A stretch of 32,000 nucleotides of DNA from Promethearchaeia archaeon (GTDB lineage: Archaea; Asgardarchaeota; Lokiarchaeia; Sigyniarchaeales; SOKP01), in contig JAWOFX010000106.1 of NCBI GenBank assembly GCA_046497275.1, forward strand, positions 1-32,000. Reading direction: 5' to 3'. Within the stretch, counting starts at the first letter, position 1. Every line of letters starts with the position of its first letter. Shown in pieces: positions 18,399-27,077 of the stretch. A program made the position numbers and the translations under genes. The notes beneath the pieces were generated by a model. It saw only the letters and a program-made list of their open reading frames with translations, was not told the origin of the DNA and ran no database searches.

Positions 18399-19628
18399 AT
18401 GTTAAAAATCGATAAATGCAAATTTGGAGAGATCGAAAAATCTGATTTTCCTGAGCTTTGTGAACGGAAAGGAGTTGGACATCCGGATTCCGTCTGCGAT
18501 GCAGCTGCTGATTTAAGCTCGAGGATGCTATGTAAGTATTATTTTGAAAATTTTGGGCGTTATTATCACCATAATGTAGATAAAGCTGCTTTAGTTGGCG
18601 GGATGGCTAAACCAGAGTTTGGTGGCGGAAAGATTTTAGAACCACAGTATTTCATGATAGTTGGACGAGCAATAAATCAAATTTTCAAGGATAATAAACT
18701 AGAGTATATTCCAGTCGCACCTATATGTTTAGATGCATGTAAAACTGTTGTTTCTAATGTTTTCAGAAATTTAGATTTAACCTCCCAAATTCAATTTGAT
18801 TATGCTATTAAGCCAGGTTCGATTGATCTCACCGGAGTATTCGAGGAATCTGATGTGATGGATCACATTCCACTGGCAAATGACACGAGCTTTGGCGTTG
18901 GTTTCGCCCCTTTATCAGACTGCGAAAGAATAACCTTAGAAACGGAACGTTTGCTTAATTCTGACGATTTCAAGGATAAATGCCCTGGTTCAGGGGAAGA
19001 TATAAAGGTGATGTCAACAAGAACGGGAAATAAGGTAGATATCACTATCGCAAATGCTATGGTTAGTAAGTATATCTTAGATAAGGGTGAATACACCAAT
19101 TATGTGGAACAAGTTCAAGATACAACTATGGATTTGGCATCAAAACTGATTCCAGAGAGAGATGTAAGTGTTTCGGTAAATGTGGGGGATAATTTAGACC
19201 AAGAAATTATGTATTTGACGATAACAGGCACTAGTGCGGAAGCAGGGGATGATGGGCAAGTAGGGAGAGGAAATAGGGCAAATGGCCTTATAACACCTTG
19301 CAGAACAATGTCTCTTGAAGCTGTATGTGGAAAAAACCCGATAAACCATGTTGGAAAAATTTATAACGTTCTTGCGAATAATATATCAAAGAGGATCTAT
19401 GAAAAAGGACAAGGAGATATTAGAGAAGTTCATGTAAAATTGTTATCCCAAATAGGTCGTCCTATTACAGATCCTTGGGTTAATTCAATTTCCCTTATAC
19501 CTGCCGATAACGTGAATTTCTCAAGCATTGAAAAAATCGCCAAAGACGTTTCTGAAGAATTATTTAGTAAAGAGAAAATTATCGATCTGAGAGAACGCTT
19601 AATTTCTGGCAAAGAACAAGTATTTTAA
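18399..19628 (+). CDS. mat: S-adenosylmethionine synthetase, archaeal type
   Basis: ERKGVGHPDSVCD, HHNVDK, ANDTSFGVGFAP, GEDIKVM, YLTITGTSAEAGDDGQVGRGNRANGLITP, GKNPINHVGKIYN. Confidence 0.97.
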   Translation: MLKIDKCKFGEIEKSDFPELCERKGVGHPDSVCDAAADLSSRMLCKYYFENFGRYYHHNVDKAALVGGMAKPEFGGGKILEPQYFMIVGRAINQIFKDNKLEYIPVAPICLDACKTVVSNVFRNLDLTSQIQFDYAIKPGSIDLTGVFEESDVMDHIPLANDTSFGVGFAPLSDCERITLETERLLNSDDFKDKCPGSGEDIKVMSTRTGNKVDITIANAMVSKYILDKGEYTNYVEQVQDTTMDLASKLIPERDVSVSVNVGDNLDQEIMYLTITGTSAEAGDDGQVGRGNRANGLITPCRTMSLEAVCGKNPINHVGKIYNVLANNISKRIYEKGQGDIREVHVKLLSQIGRPITDPWVNSISLIPADNVNFSSIEKIAKDVSEELFSKEKIIDLRERLISGKEQVF

Positions 19629-19773
19629 CATGATTGATACATATCTTATTTTTTATAATTTTTTTCTAAACTCTTCAATAACGATTTCTAATAGTTTTAA
19701 TAAAAAATATTTAAAATTATAAAAAAGATCTTACATATAAAATCTGGTAAACAATTGCAGAGAGAAAATCAAA

Positions 19774-20037
19774 ATGAGCTTAGATAAATGGATAAAATCA
19801 GATAAAGAAAAGGACCAAGAGAAGAAGCAAGAAATTAAGAAAAAACAAAAAAAAGAAAACATATCAACCATAGAGAATCAAATAGAAAAAGAAGAATCAT
19901 TTAAATTAAATAAATTCAGATTAAAATGTTCTAATTCTAAATGCAATTATCAAAAAACATTAATGAAACGGCAATTGGCTAATAAGGATAAAAAATGTCC
20001 TCGATGTAATAGTATAATGAAAATAATTGAATCTTAA
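19774..20037 (+). CDS. Small zinc-ribbon protein with charged N-terminus
   Basis: CSNSKC...CPRC pair; MSLDKW start and Lys/Glu-rich linker. Confidence 0.75.
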   Translation: MSLDKWIKSDKEKDQEKKQEIKKKQKKENISTIENQIEKEESFKLNKFRLKCSNSKCNYQKTLMKRQLANKDKKCPRCNSIMKIIES

Positions 20038-20061
20038 TAAATTCCAATATTAATTTGTAGA

Positions 20062-20286
20062 TTATTTAGATGGATTAGATACATCAAGTTTCCTCTCGCA
20101 ATAAGGGCACGTATCTTTTTTCTTTCTATAACGCAATATTAAATAAATTAAATAACCAAGGCCAAAAGTCAAGCAAACGAAAAAGAAAATTAACTCGTGA
20201 TATTTATGATCGAAATTCTTTCTTCTCGGAATAACCATCCTTTCACATGTTGAGCAATAAATTTTCTCTTTCACTTTTCTCATCAA
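20062..20286 (-). CDS. Small membrane-anchored zinc-ribbon protein (CxxC-hydrophobic-CxxC, LITAF-like architecture)
   Basis: YCSTC...H..LIFFFVCLTFGLGYLIYLIL...TCPYC. Confidence 0.7.
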   Translation of the reverse strand: MMRKVKEKIYCSTCERMVIPRRKNFDHKYHELIFFFVCLTFGLGYLIYLILRYRKKKDTCPYCERKLDVSNPSK

Positions 20287-20388
20287 TTAAAGTAATTTAT
20301 GATATAGTGTATAATAGAAAAATTTTTTTAAAAATTAAATTCTCGCATTAAGCTTAATATTAATTGAAAAATCATAATTCGCAATTTA

Positions 20389-21114
20389 TCAATCGATCCT
20401 CCTAAGTTTCTTTGCGGGGCGTCCAACATAAATCCATCCATTTTTCAATCTTTGACCAATTTTAGTATAGCTACCCATTCCTAGAATGCTTCCTTCTTCG
20501 ATAATAGTACCCGGGGCCACAACGCTATAGGCTCCCACGGTGCTTCGGTCTTCAATTATAGTTTTTTTGATTAGTAGTTTGTTATTGATTATTAAAGAAC
20601 TAAAAATAATTGAACCTTCTCCTAATAATGATTCCTCCCCAAATTCAATAAAATCGGTATCAATATAACTATCTAAGACACCAGCACTTGTTGGCATCCT
20701 AAGATTAAAAAATTTTAATGGAAAAATTTTTGCCCAAGGAAGGGGAAAATAATCGTAAGTTTTTAATATGAATTCCTTAATAGTCTTTCTCATACAATAA
20801 AAAAAATAATTCTTATCCTTTAACGAAAGATCAAATTCTCCTTCTTTTGGGAGATGAATTAAATTGAATAAAATCAAATACAATTTTCCAATCCCAAATA
20901 AACTTAGAATAAATAATCCAAGATATAGAAGCAGATATCCGGGTAATAGAATCAGAAAGAATATCATCCCATACAATTTAAAGAAAAATTCAAAATAGAA
21001 TAAAACCGATATTAACGTAAAAAATATAGCCGGCCAAATTATTAAGAATTTTAAGATAAAGAATCTTTTTTCTTTTAAGTTATTACCTTCAATAATTTTT
21101 AGCTCAGATGACAT
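20389..21114 (-). CDS. Membrane protein with one TM-hairpin + left-handed beta-helix (hexapeptide) acyltransferase-like unit
   Basis: Two hydrophobic segments, P.EGEF..YF motif, then hexapeptide repeats (IEFGEESLLGEGS, IIEDRSTVGAYSVVAPGTIIEEGSILG) ending WIYVGRPAK. Confidence 0.8.
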   Translation of the reverse strand: MSSELKIIEGNNLKEKRFFILKFLIIWPAIFFTLISVLFYFEFFFKLYGMIFFLILLPGYLLLYLGLFILSLFGIGKLYLILFNLIHLPKEGEFDLSLKDKNYFFYCMRKTIKEFILKTYDYFPLPWAKIFPLKFFNLRMPTSAGVLDSYIDTDFIEFGEESLLGEGSIIFSSLIINNKLLIKKTIIEDRSTVGAYSVVAPGTIIEEGSILGMGSYTKIGQRLKNGWIYVGRPAKKLRRID

Positions 21115-21122
21115 GAATCAAT

Positions 21123-22757
21123 CTATCTTTTTATAATTTTGATAAAATTTAATATATCGAGATTAAATATATCCCTAAAATCTTTCAAATTTTCCATTTT
21201 TTTAGCGGGAGCATCATAATAAATGGAGTTAGGATCAATTATTTCATTTTTAGAAACTATTGAAAAAGGCATGATATGTGTATTTTTCTTAATAATAGTT
21301 CCTGGGGCAATGCAGCATCCATCATTAATTACAACACCATCTTTTATAGATACGGATTTTACTGTTAAATCTTTATCCCATAATTGAGTTGTTAGTAAAA
21401 TCTTGCCAAGATAAACGTTTTTTCCCACATTTAAAAACTCTTTTGCTAAATACATATCTTCAATAATTGAATTTTTTCCAAATTGACAATTTCCAATAAA
21501 ATTAAACACCTTCTTGATAAGCCATGGGTAAGGACCTCGCTGAATCTTCCATTTAATATATCTAAGTAAGAACGAACGAAGAAAGTAATAATCATAATCC
21601 TTCGATTTATTTTTCCAGTGAAAGACTCCTTCTTTTGGTTTATTTATCTTGCAGATAATATAATAGCATATTTTTGTGATGAATACAGTTAAAAAAATAT
21701 TACTAAGATGCATTACCATTATAAATGGTGGAGTAAATGTTAAAATTAATATAGAAGTATTAGTGATAAAAAGATCATGGAAAGAAGGAGAAGCTAGCAC
21801 AAAAGGATAAAAAATATCAGTAAAATAGTAATAAGAAATTATCAAAACAGGCATGTAGGCTGCGAAATATAATAGCAAAAATATAGTAATATAGGTGGGA
21901 ATTTTCTTTATGAATTTTTCAGCAGGTTTATACGATTCTGTAGTTTTTTTTGAAGTTTCTTGAAATCTCCTCTCGTTTTCTTGAATTTTTTGTTTTATGT
22001 AAGAATTGTCATTAGTTTGTTTATCTTCAATTGTTCCTTTTTTTCTAGCAGGATATCCTGAATAAATTGAATTTTGTTCCAAAATTTGATTAAATTGAGT
22101 TAAAGAAAGGGTATTTATAATTGTATTATTTTCTATTTTAGTTCCAGGAGAAATATAGCTATGAGGTCCTATTATGACATTATCTTGAATAATTACTTTT
22201 TTTATAATTAGATAATCGCCATATATCATAGAGGATTTTATAAAAGATCCTTTTCCTAGGGTTATATTTTTTCCTAATTCAATGAATTCAGTGTCCATAT
22301 TTGCATTGTTGATGCTACTAGTGAAAGATGTTTTGATTCCAAATATTGTTAGAGTAAGATTATTTAAAACTGATGAGGGTAAAAGACTAATAATCCAGAT
22401 CGGCCATTTTTTAATTACTGCTCGGAGACTCCAAAAATAATAATCCTTATTATCCTTAACTCTTCTAAAATTTCCTTCTTTTGGTTTATGAATAAGATTT
22501 ACAAATATTAAAAGTAATTTTGCCGTCAATAAAGAAGAAAAAACAAGAATAAAATATCCGATAAATAATTGAATCGGAAAAGACAAAAAGAGGAGGATAA
22601 TATCGCTCTTGAATAAATTATAATAGAGTAAAAATTCAATAATAATTACATAAAAGCTAATCCAAATATTAATTCCATAAATAATTAAAAACTTTCGAGA
22701 GACTAATGTGTTAGTTGAATAAGGACCGTCGTGAATAGATGTGGGAAAACTTGTCAT
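21123..22757 (-). CDS. Membrane protein with two tandem TM-hairpin + LbH acyltransferase-like units
   Basis: Internal duplication: KPKEGNF..KDYYFWSLR / KPKEGVF..KDYDYYFLR, each followed by hexapeptide repeats ending YSGYPA / YYDAPA. Confidence 0.8.
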   Translation of the reverse strand: MTSFPTSIHDGPYSTNTLVSRKFLIIYGINIWISFYVIIIEFLLYYNLFKSDIILLFLSFPIQLFIGYFILVFSSLLTAKLLLIFVNLIHKPKEGNFRRVKDNKDYYFWSLRAVIKKWPIWIISLLPSSVLNNLTLTIFGIKTSFTSSINNANMDTEFIELGKNITLGKGSFIKSSMIYGDYLIIKKVIIQDNVIIGPHSYISPGTKIENNTIINTLSLTQFNQILEQNSIYSGYPARKKGTIEDKQTNDNSYIKQKIQENERRFQETSKKTTESYKPAEKFIKKIPTYITIFLLLYFAAYMPVLIISYYYFTDIFYPFVLASPSFHDLFITNTSILILTFTPPFIMVMHLSNIFLTVFITKICYYIICKINKPKEGVFHWKNKSKDYDYYFLRSFLLRYIKWKIQRGPYPWLIKKVFNFIGNCQFGKNSIIEDMYLAKEFLNVGKNVYLGKILLTTQLWDKDLTVKSVSIKDGVVINDGCCIAPGTIIKKNTHIMPFSIVSKNEIIDPNSIYYDAPAKKMENLKDFRDIFNLDILNFIKIIKR

Positions 22758-22857
22758 TATTGTGGTTTAGACAGAGAGAAAAATAATCTACTTAACATAA
22801 TAAATTTCTTGTTTTTAATTAAATATTATGTATTTTAAAAAAAGGATAAAATATACT

Positions 22858-22986
22858 TTAGTCGTCTTCTTCTTTTTTTGGTTTACTCAAAAGATCAAAC
22901 GTACTTTTCATTCCCATTTTATCCAATCGTTCACGTTCGCGCTTTATGTCATCTTTTTTATAATCTTTTTCTTCATTATCAGACAT
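22858..22986 (-). CDS. Small charged protein, 42 aa (MSDNEEKDYKKDDIKRERERLDKMGMKSTFDLLSKPKKEEDD), absent from the ORF track
   Basis: Hand-translated from ATG 22986 to TAA 22858; purine-rich sense strand and codon style match real genes; same strand as the downstream LbH genes. Confidence 0.6.
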   Translation of the reverse strand: MSDNEEKDYKKDDIKRERERLDKMGMKSTFDLLSKPKKEEDD

Positions 22987-23166
22987 ATTGTTAAGTATTA
23001 TTCTTTGTTATTTTTATAATCGATTCTAATCTTATTTTATTATAAAGTAAATAATCTTTTTATTTAATATAATTAAGTTCAAAAATAATTTTATATATCT
23101 ATTCTTGTTTATTTTTCTAGAATACGATTTAAATTAATAAAATTTTAGGATGTGCAGAGAAAAAGT

Positions 23167-24204
23167 ATGCCAAGATGCTATCATTGTGGGGAGAGATTCG
23201 ACGATTTATATAAATGTGATAAATGTAATCAATATTATTGTTATTTACATAAAGATCCGATAAATCATGAATGTAATATAGTTAAAGAATCATTAGAACT
23301 ACAATATAGTTCAAATGAACCGAGTCATGATTATTTAAGATCTTATAATCAATCAAGCACAAATTACGCTGAAAATATATCATCCACTCATCAGCAACAA
23401 CCAAATTATCAGTCAAGTTATTCTGAAAGCTCAGAAATACGTGGAAGTACCGATAGTACTTTTACATGGTATCGGAGAGAATCAAATATTCCTGATAATG
23501 CTTTTAGTCCTAATTCTGGCATTGAATTTAAGGGAATTCTTCTTCCCTATAAATCTGAGTTTTTACATTTGTTAATTGGATCAGTCTTAATTTATATTAT
23601 CGGTTTGATAGGGTTTTATAATCCTCAGAATCAACAGCTACTTAATGATCTAGGATTTGGATGGATTATTTTTATGGTTGCAGGATTTTATACAACTGCA
23701 TTTCTTTTTCATGAATTTGGACATCGTCAAGTGGCGATCCATTTCGGACTCCAAACTAAATTCCGTTTATTAAAATTTGGGATGATTATCACAGCATTTG
23801 GTTTATTAATGGGCCTTATTTCTATATCTTCTGGAGTTCAAGGTCTTCCAGGTTTAGCACTACCTGGGGCAGTAGTCGTTCTTGGATTGGATAAAATAGA
23901 TAAAAAAACCGGTTTATGTAAAGCAGCTGGACCTACAGTTAATTTAATATATGGTTCAATATTATTCGCTGTATCATTTCTAATACCCATTTTTCCGATT
24001 AATTTATTCATCGGAATGTCCGCATCCATAAATTTTATGCTTGGACTTTTTAATCTAATTCCGATTGGTATTTTAGACGGTGAAAATATCTTTAAATGGA
24101 ATAAAAAAGTATATTTCTTCCTTGTAAGTTCTATGCTTATCCTAATTATAATTAATTATATTTGCATCTACTTACCTTCAGCCTCAAATCCCTATTATAT
24201 TTGA
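23167..24204 (+). CDS. AN1-type zinc finger + site-2 (M50-like) intramembrane metalloprotease
   Basis: CYHC..KCDKCNQYYCYLH...HEC AN1 finger, Q/S-rich linker, HEFGH, AAGPTVN and NLIPIGILDG catalytic motifs; ATG 23167 preferred over GTG 23152. Confidence 0.88.
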   Translation: MPRCYHCGERFDDLYKCDKCNQYYCYLHKDPINHECNIVKESLELQYSSNEPSHDYLRSYNQSSTNYAENISSTHQQQPNYQSSYSESSEIRGSTDSTFTWYRRESNIPDNAFSPNSGIEFKGILLPYKSEFLHLLIGSVLIYIIGLIGFYNPQNQQLLNDLGFGWIIFMVAGFYTTAFLFHEFGHRQVAIHFGLQTKFRLLKFGMIITAFGLLMGLISISSGVQGLPGLALPGAVVVLGLDKIDKKTGLCKAAGPTVNLIYGSILFAVSFLIPIFPINLFIGMSASINFMLGLFNLIPIGILDGENIFKWNKKVYFFLVSSMLILIIINYICIYLPSASNPYYI

Positions 24205-24366
24205 TTTAAAATAACGATTTAAATTCTAATAAAAATTATACAGAAGGAACAGAAAGTGAAAAAAATATCAATGATACTACTTTTTATTAGACAAGAAGTA
24301 ATTTTCAGTCCAATTTCATATCGGACTAAAAAATACAAATAAAAGAATATTTAGAAGAACAATTTT

Positions 24367-25284
24367 ATGCCATATTGCGAGTATTGTGGGGAAGAGATCG
24401 GATTTCTCCCCTTTAAATGCAAATACTGCGGCGGAATCTTTTGTAAAGAGCACAGATTACCAGAAAATCATGAATGTACATTTGAGCGAAAACATAGACC
24501 GACTGTACCTACTTCGAGGAGAGGAGAAAAAAGGGAACAAGAGAGATACCGGTTTGTCTCAACAGAAGAGGATCCTAAAAAAGTTAAAAAATTTATGAAA
24601 AAGCAAGATAAACAAAGAGATAGAGCAAGAAAGTTATTTGAAAGTGGTATTTCTGGATATGGAGGGACCTCGATAACAACTTATCTTATTATAGCAATTT
24701 TTATAGCATCTATCATGGGATCCATTATGCCAGAATTTTTATGTTTGAGTTCTTCAAGTTTTTTCAAGTTATATATATGGACCTTCCTCACAGCACCTTT
24801 TGTTAATGTCTCGGAAGGTTTTTTTGGAATGTTCTTTTTACTTATTATCATATTATTATTCTATAATATTATCAGAATAATAGAATTGCGATTTGGGAGC
24901 AAATTTTTAATCACATTATATCTATTCTCAACATTTATAAGTGCATTAATATACATATCAATCTGGGTACCAATAGAGTTTGCAAGCCCAACAAGATTAT
25001 CTCCGTGGCCAATTGGATTAGCATTTGGGGGATTATTGGGAATAATTTCATTCATGATATATTTTAGTTTTGATAAAGAGATGACATTCCTACTCATGTT
25101 TATTCCAATAAGGATGAAAGGGAAGATTATTCTATTGTTGTTGATTTTATTCAGTTTAGTACCCGGGCTTTTATTCTATTTATTAACCTTGGAACCTATT
25201 TATCTTGCCATTTATATTCCTGATTTAGGGGGGATATTGGGTTCTTATATAATATTTCGGTATAAATTTCGATATATTAGATGA
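24367..25284 (+). CDS. AN1-type zinc finger + rhomboid-fold membrane protein (probably catalytically inactive)
   Basis: [28 protein letters not shown]; [29 protein letters not shown] rhomboid-like motifs; no GxSG Ser and D at the catalytic His position (PDLGG). Confidence 0.78.
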   Translation: MPYCEYCGEEIGFLPFKCKYCGGIFCKEHRLPENHECTFERKHRPTVPTSRRGEKREQERYRFVSTEEDPKKVKKFMKKQDKQRDRARKLFESGISGYGGTSITTYLIIAIFIASIMGSIMPEFLCLSSSSFFKLYIWTFLTAPFVNVSEGFFGMFFLLIIILLFYNIIRIIELRFGSKFLITLYLFSTFISALIYISIWVPIEFASPTRLSPWPIGLAFGGLLGIISFMIYFSFDKEMTFLLMFIPIRMKGKIILLLLILFSLVPGLLFYLLTLEPIYLAIYIPDLGGILGSYIIFRYKFRYIR

Positions 25285-25397
25285 ATGGGCACATATACGA
25301 TAATGGTGAGAAGTTGAAACCTAATTTATAATTAAACCAAAATTTCTTATTTTTTAAACGTCTATATTTCATTAAAGAGATTTAATTTATTCGGAAA

Positions 25398-26063
25398 ATG
25401 CCTGAAAATAAAAATAATACGGTATCTAAGATAATCGAATTAAATGAAGATTTAATTAGAAATAATGATCTATTAGCGGCTGAAAATAAAACAATGTTTG
25501 AAGAAAATCGGATAAAATCATTTGATATTGTCGGTGCAATAGGGGCAGGAAAGACTTCGTTATTAGAAGCGATTTCTCGAGATCTCCAGAAAGAATATCG
25601 TGTTTTGGTAATTAATGGAGATGTTGCGACTCGAGTGGATGCGGATCGCATTGAAAAAGTGGGAGCAAAAGCAATTCAAGTCAACACAGGGAGAGAGTGT
25701 GCACTAAATTCATATCATATTTCACAAGTAATTAAAAATATCAATTTAACTGATTATGATATTGTATTTATTGAAAATGTAGGAAATCTTATTTGTCCGT
25801 CAGATTTTATTCTAGGAGTTTCTAAACGTGTGGTTGTTGTTTCAATTACAGAGGGACCTTGGGTGATTGAGAAACATCCATTATTATTCAAAATGTCTGA
25901 TATTGCTGTTATAAATAAAATCGATTTATTAGATGTTGTGGAGGTAAATATTGAGAAAATGGTAAATGATGCGAAAGAGATTAATCCAAGATTAAAAGTC
26001 TTCACCACAAGTTGCAAGACTAGGGAAAATGTTGATAAGTTAAAAAAGGCATTAATAGAATAG
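25398..26063 (+). CDS. hypB: HypB/UreG-family nickel-insertion GTPase
   Basis: GAIGAGKTSLL, NGDV..DA.RI, QVNTG.EC, ENVGNLICP..F.LG, EG...KHP.LF, INKIDL. Confidence 0.92.
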   Translation: MPENKNNTVSKIIELNEDLIRNNDLLAAENKTMFEENRIKSFDIVGAIGAGKTSLLEAISRDLQKEYRVLVINGDVATRVDADRIEKVGAKAIQVNTGRECALNSYHISQVIKNINLTDYDIVFIENVGNLICPSDFILGVSKRVVVVSITEGPWVIEKHPLLFKMSDIAVINKIDLLDVVEVNIEKMVNDAKEINPRLKVFTTSCKTRENVDKLKKALIE

Positions 26064-26108
26064 ATTAAAATATATCAAAAAACTAAAAAAAACCGAAGCG
26101 AATTAATC

Positions 26109-26522
26109 ATGTCAATGCGAGAATATAATACTGAACTACAAAAATTCATCGATAAAATTGTTAAGGTATATATAGATAATGAACGATTTTTTGTAGGAAC
26201 TCTCAAGGGTGTTTCTGAAGAGGCAAATTTGATAATAAATTCTGCAAAAAATGAGAAAAATAAAGTTTTTCCCCAGATCTTAATTAATAATTCCTATTAT
26301 CAGTATGTGACAGTTGAGGAAGAACCATTTCCTATGGAGGCATTAGCAGAGAGGATTTCGAAAATCTTCAGTAAAGGGCACGTTCAATATATCGAAGAAC
26401 AGAATATAATTTCAATTTTAGGTGGAAAAATCATAGTTGATGAAAACGGAGTTAGAGGTAGCGGCCCAAGCGCAGAAAGAGTTAAGAAAATATTCGATCA
26501 ATTTAAAATGGACTTAGAATAA
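26109..26522 (+). CDS. Lsm/Sm-like RNA-binding protein with C-terminal extension (SmAP3-like)
   Basis: Sm1 (FVGTLKGV....NLII..A) and Sm2 (ILIN) motifs, plus C-terminal domain ending GVRGSGPSAERVKKIFDQF. Confidence 0.85.
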   Translation: MSMREYNTELQKFIDKIVKVYIDNERFFVGTLKGVSEEANLIINSAKNEKNKVFPQILINNSYYQYVTVEEEPFPMEALAERISKIFSKGHVQYIEEQNIISILGGKIIVDENGVRGSGPSAERVKKIFDQFKMDLE

Positions 26523-26554
26523 TCATTCCTTTTTTTAATATTTTAATTAATCAT

Positions 26555-27058
26555 TTATTCTTTTTTGATGATTTCAAGGAGATTTTTTAAATTTATATTT
26601 TCGATTACATTTTTCAATAAAGCTTTCCCTAAAGGAGTAATTTTAATTATTTCTAAATTATTGATGGTAAGTTTTCGAATGTAATCTTTTTTTAATAAAA
26701 ATTCGACAGTATCCCAAATTTTCGAAAAAATGTCCCTAAGATCAGAAAATTTTAAATTCTCATCAACATCTTTAGTTAACGCTAATATAAATGCAAGAGC
26801 ACCATATTGGCTTGGGGTTATATCATCATCTTTTCCCTCTGTAGTTAATATATAAAATTTCTGTTCTAGAAATGTACTTGTTATTAATTCAAATCCTACA
26901 TCCATCAAATTTTTATAAGTTTGATTTATGACTTGTTCAAAATCTATTGATCCAGGACATAGATTAAGTAAATCTTCTTCGCGAATCATTTTTTGTTCAT
27001 TAGTTAATATAAGTTTTGTTATTTTTTGAACAGTCTGATTAAATATTTTTTCTGACAT
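26555..27058 (-). CDS. Hypothetical tandem winged-helix protein (kite/Nse3-MAGE/ScpB-like)
   Basis: FEQVINQTYKNLMDVGFEL...FYIL...GALAFILAL...KDYI...ITPLGKALL resembles tandem WH patterns; recognition by eye only. Confidence 0.6.
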   Translation of the reverse strand: MSEKIFNQTVQKITKLILTNEQKMIREEDLLNLCPGSIDFEQVINQTYKNLMDVGFELITSTFLEQKFYILTTEGKDDDITPSQYGALAFILALTKDVDENLKFSDLRDIFSKIWDTVEFLLKKDYIRKLTINNLEIIKITPLGKALLKNVIENINLKNLLEIIKKE

Positions 27059-27077
27059 TTTAATTTAACTAACCTCC

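Noticed and set aside
18388-18444. Possible box C/D sRNA (ATGATGA ... CTGA) over the mat start
   Set aside because: No convincing internal D'/C' boxes, and it overlaps the CDS; likely chance in AT-rich DNA.
22828-23019. 63-aa plus-strand ORF
   Set aside because: Phe-rich antisense shadow of the 42-aa minus-strand ORF.
24302-24332. Inverted repeat TTTTCAGTCC-N11-GGACTAAAAA between the two AN1 genes
   Set aside because: Only a 5-bp core stem plus A/T tails; could be an operator or terminator but is not distinguishable from chance.
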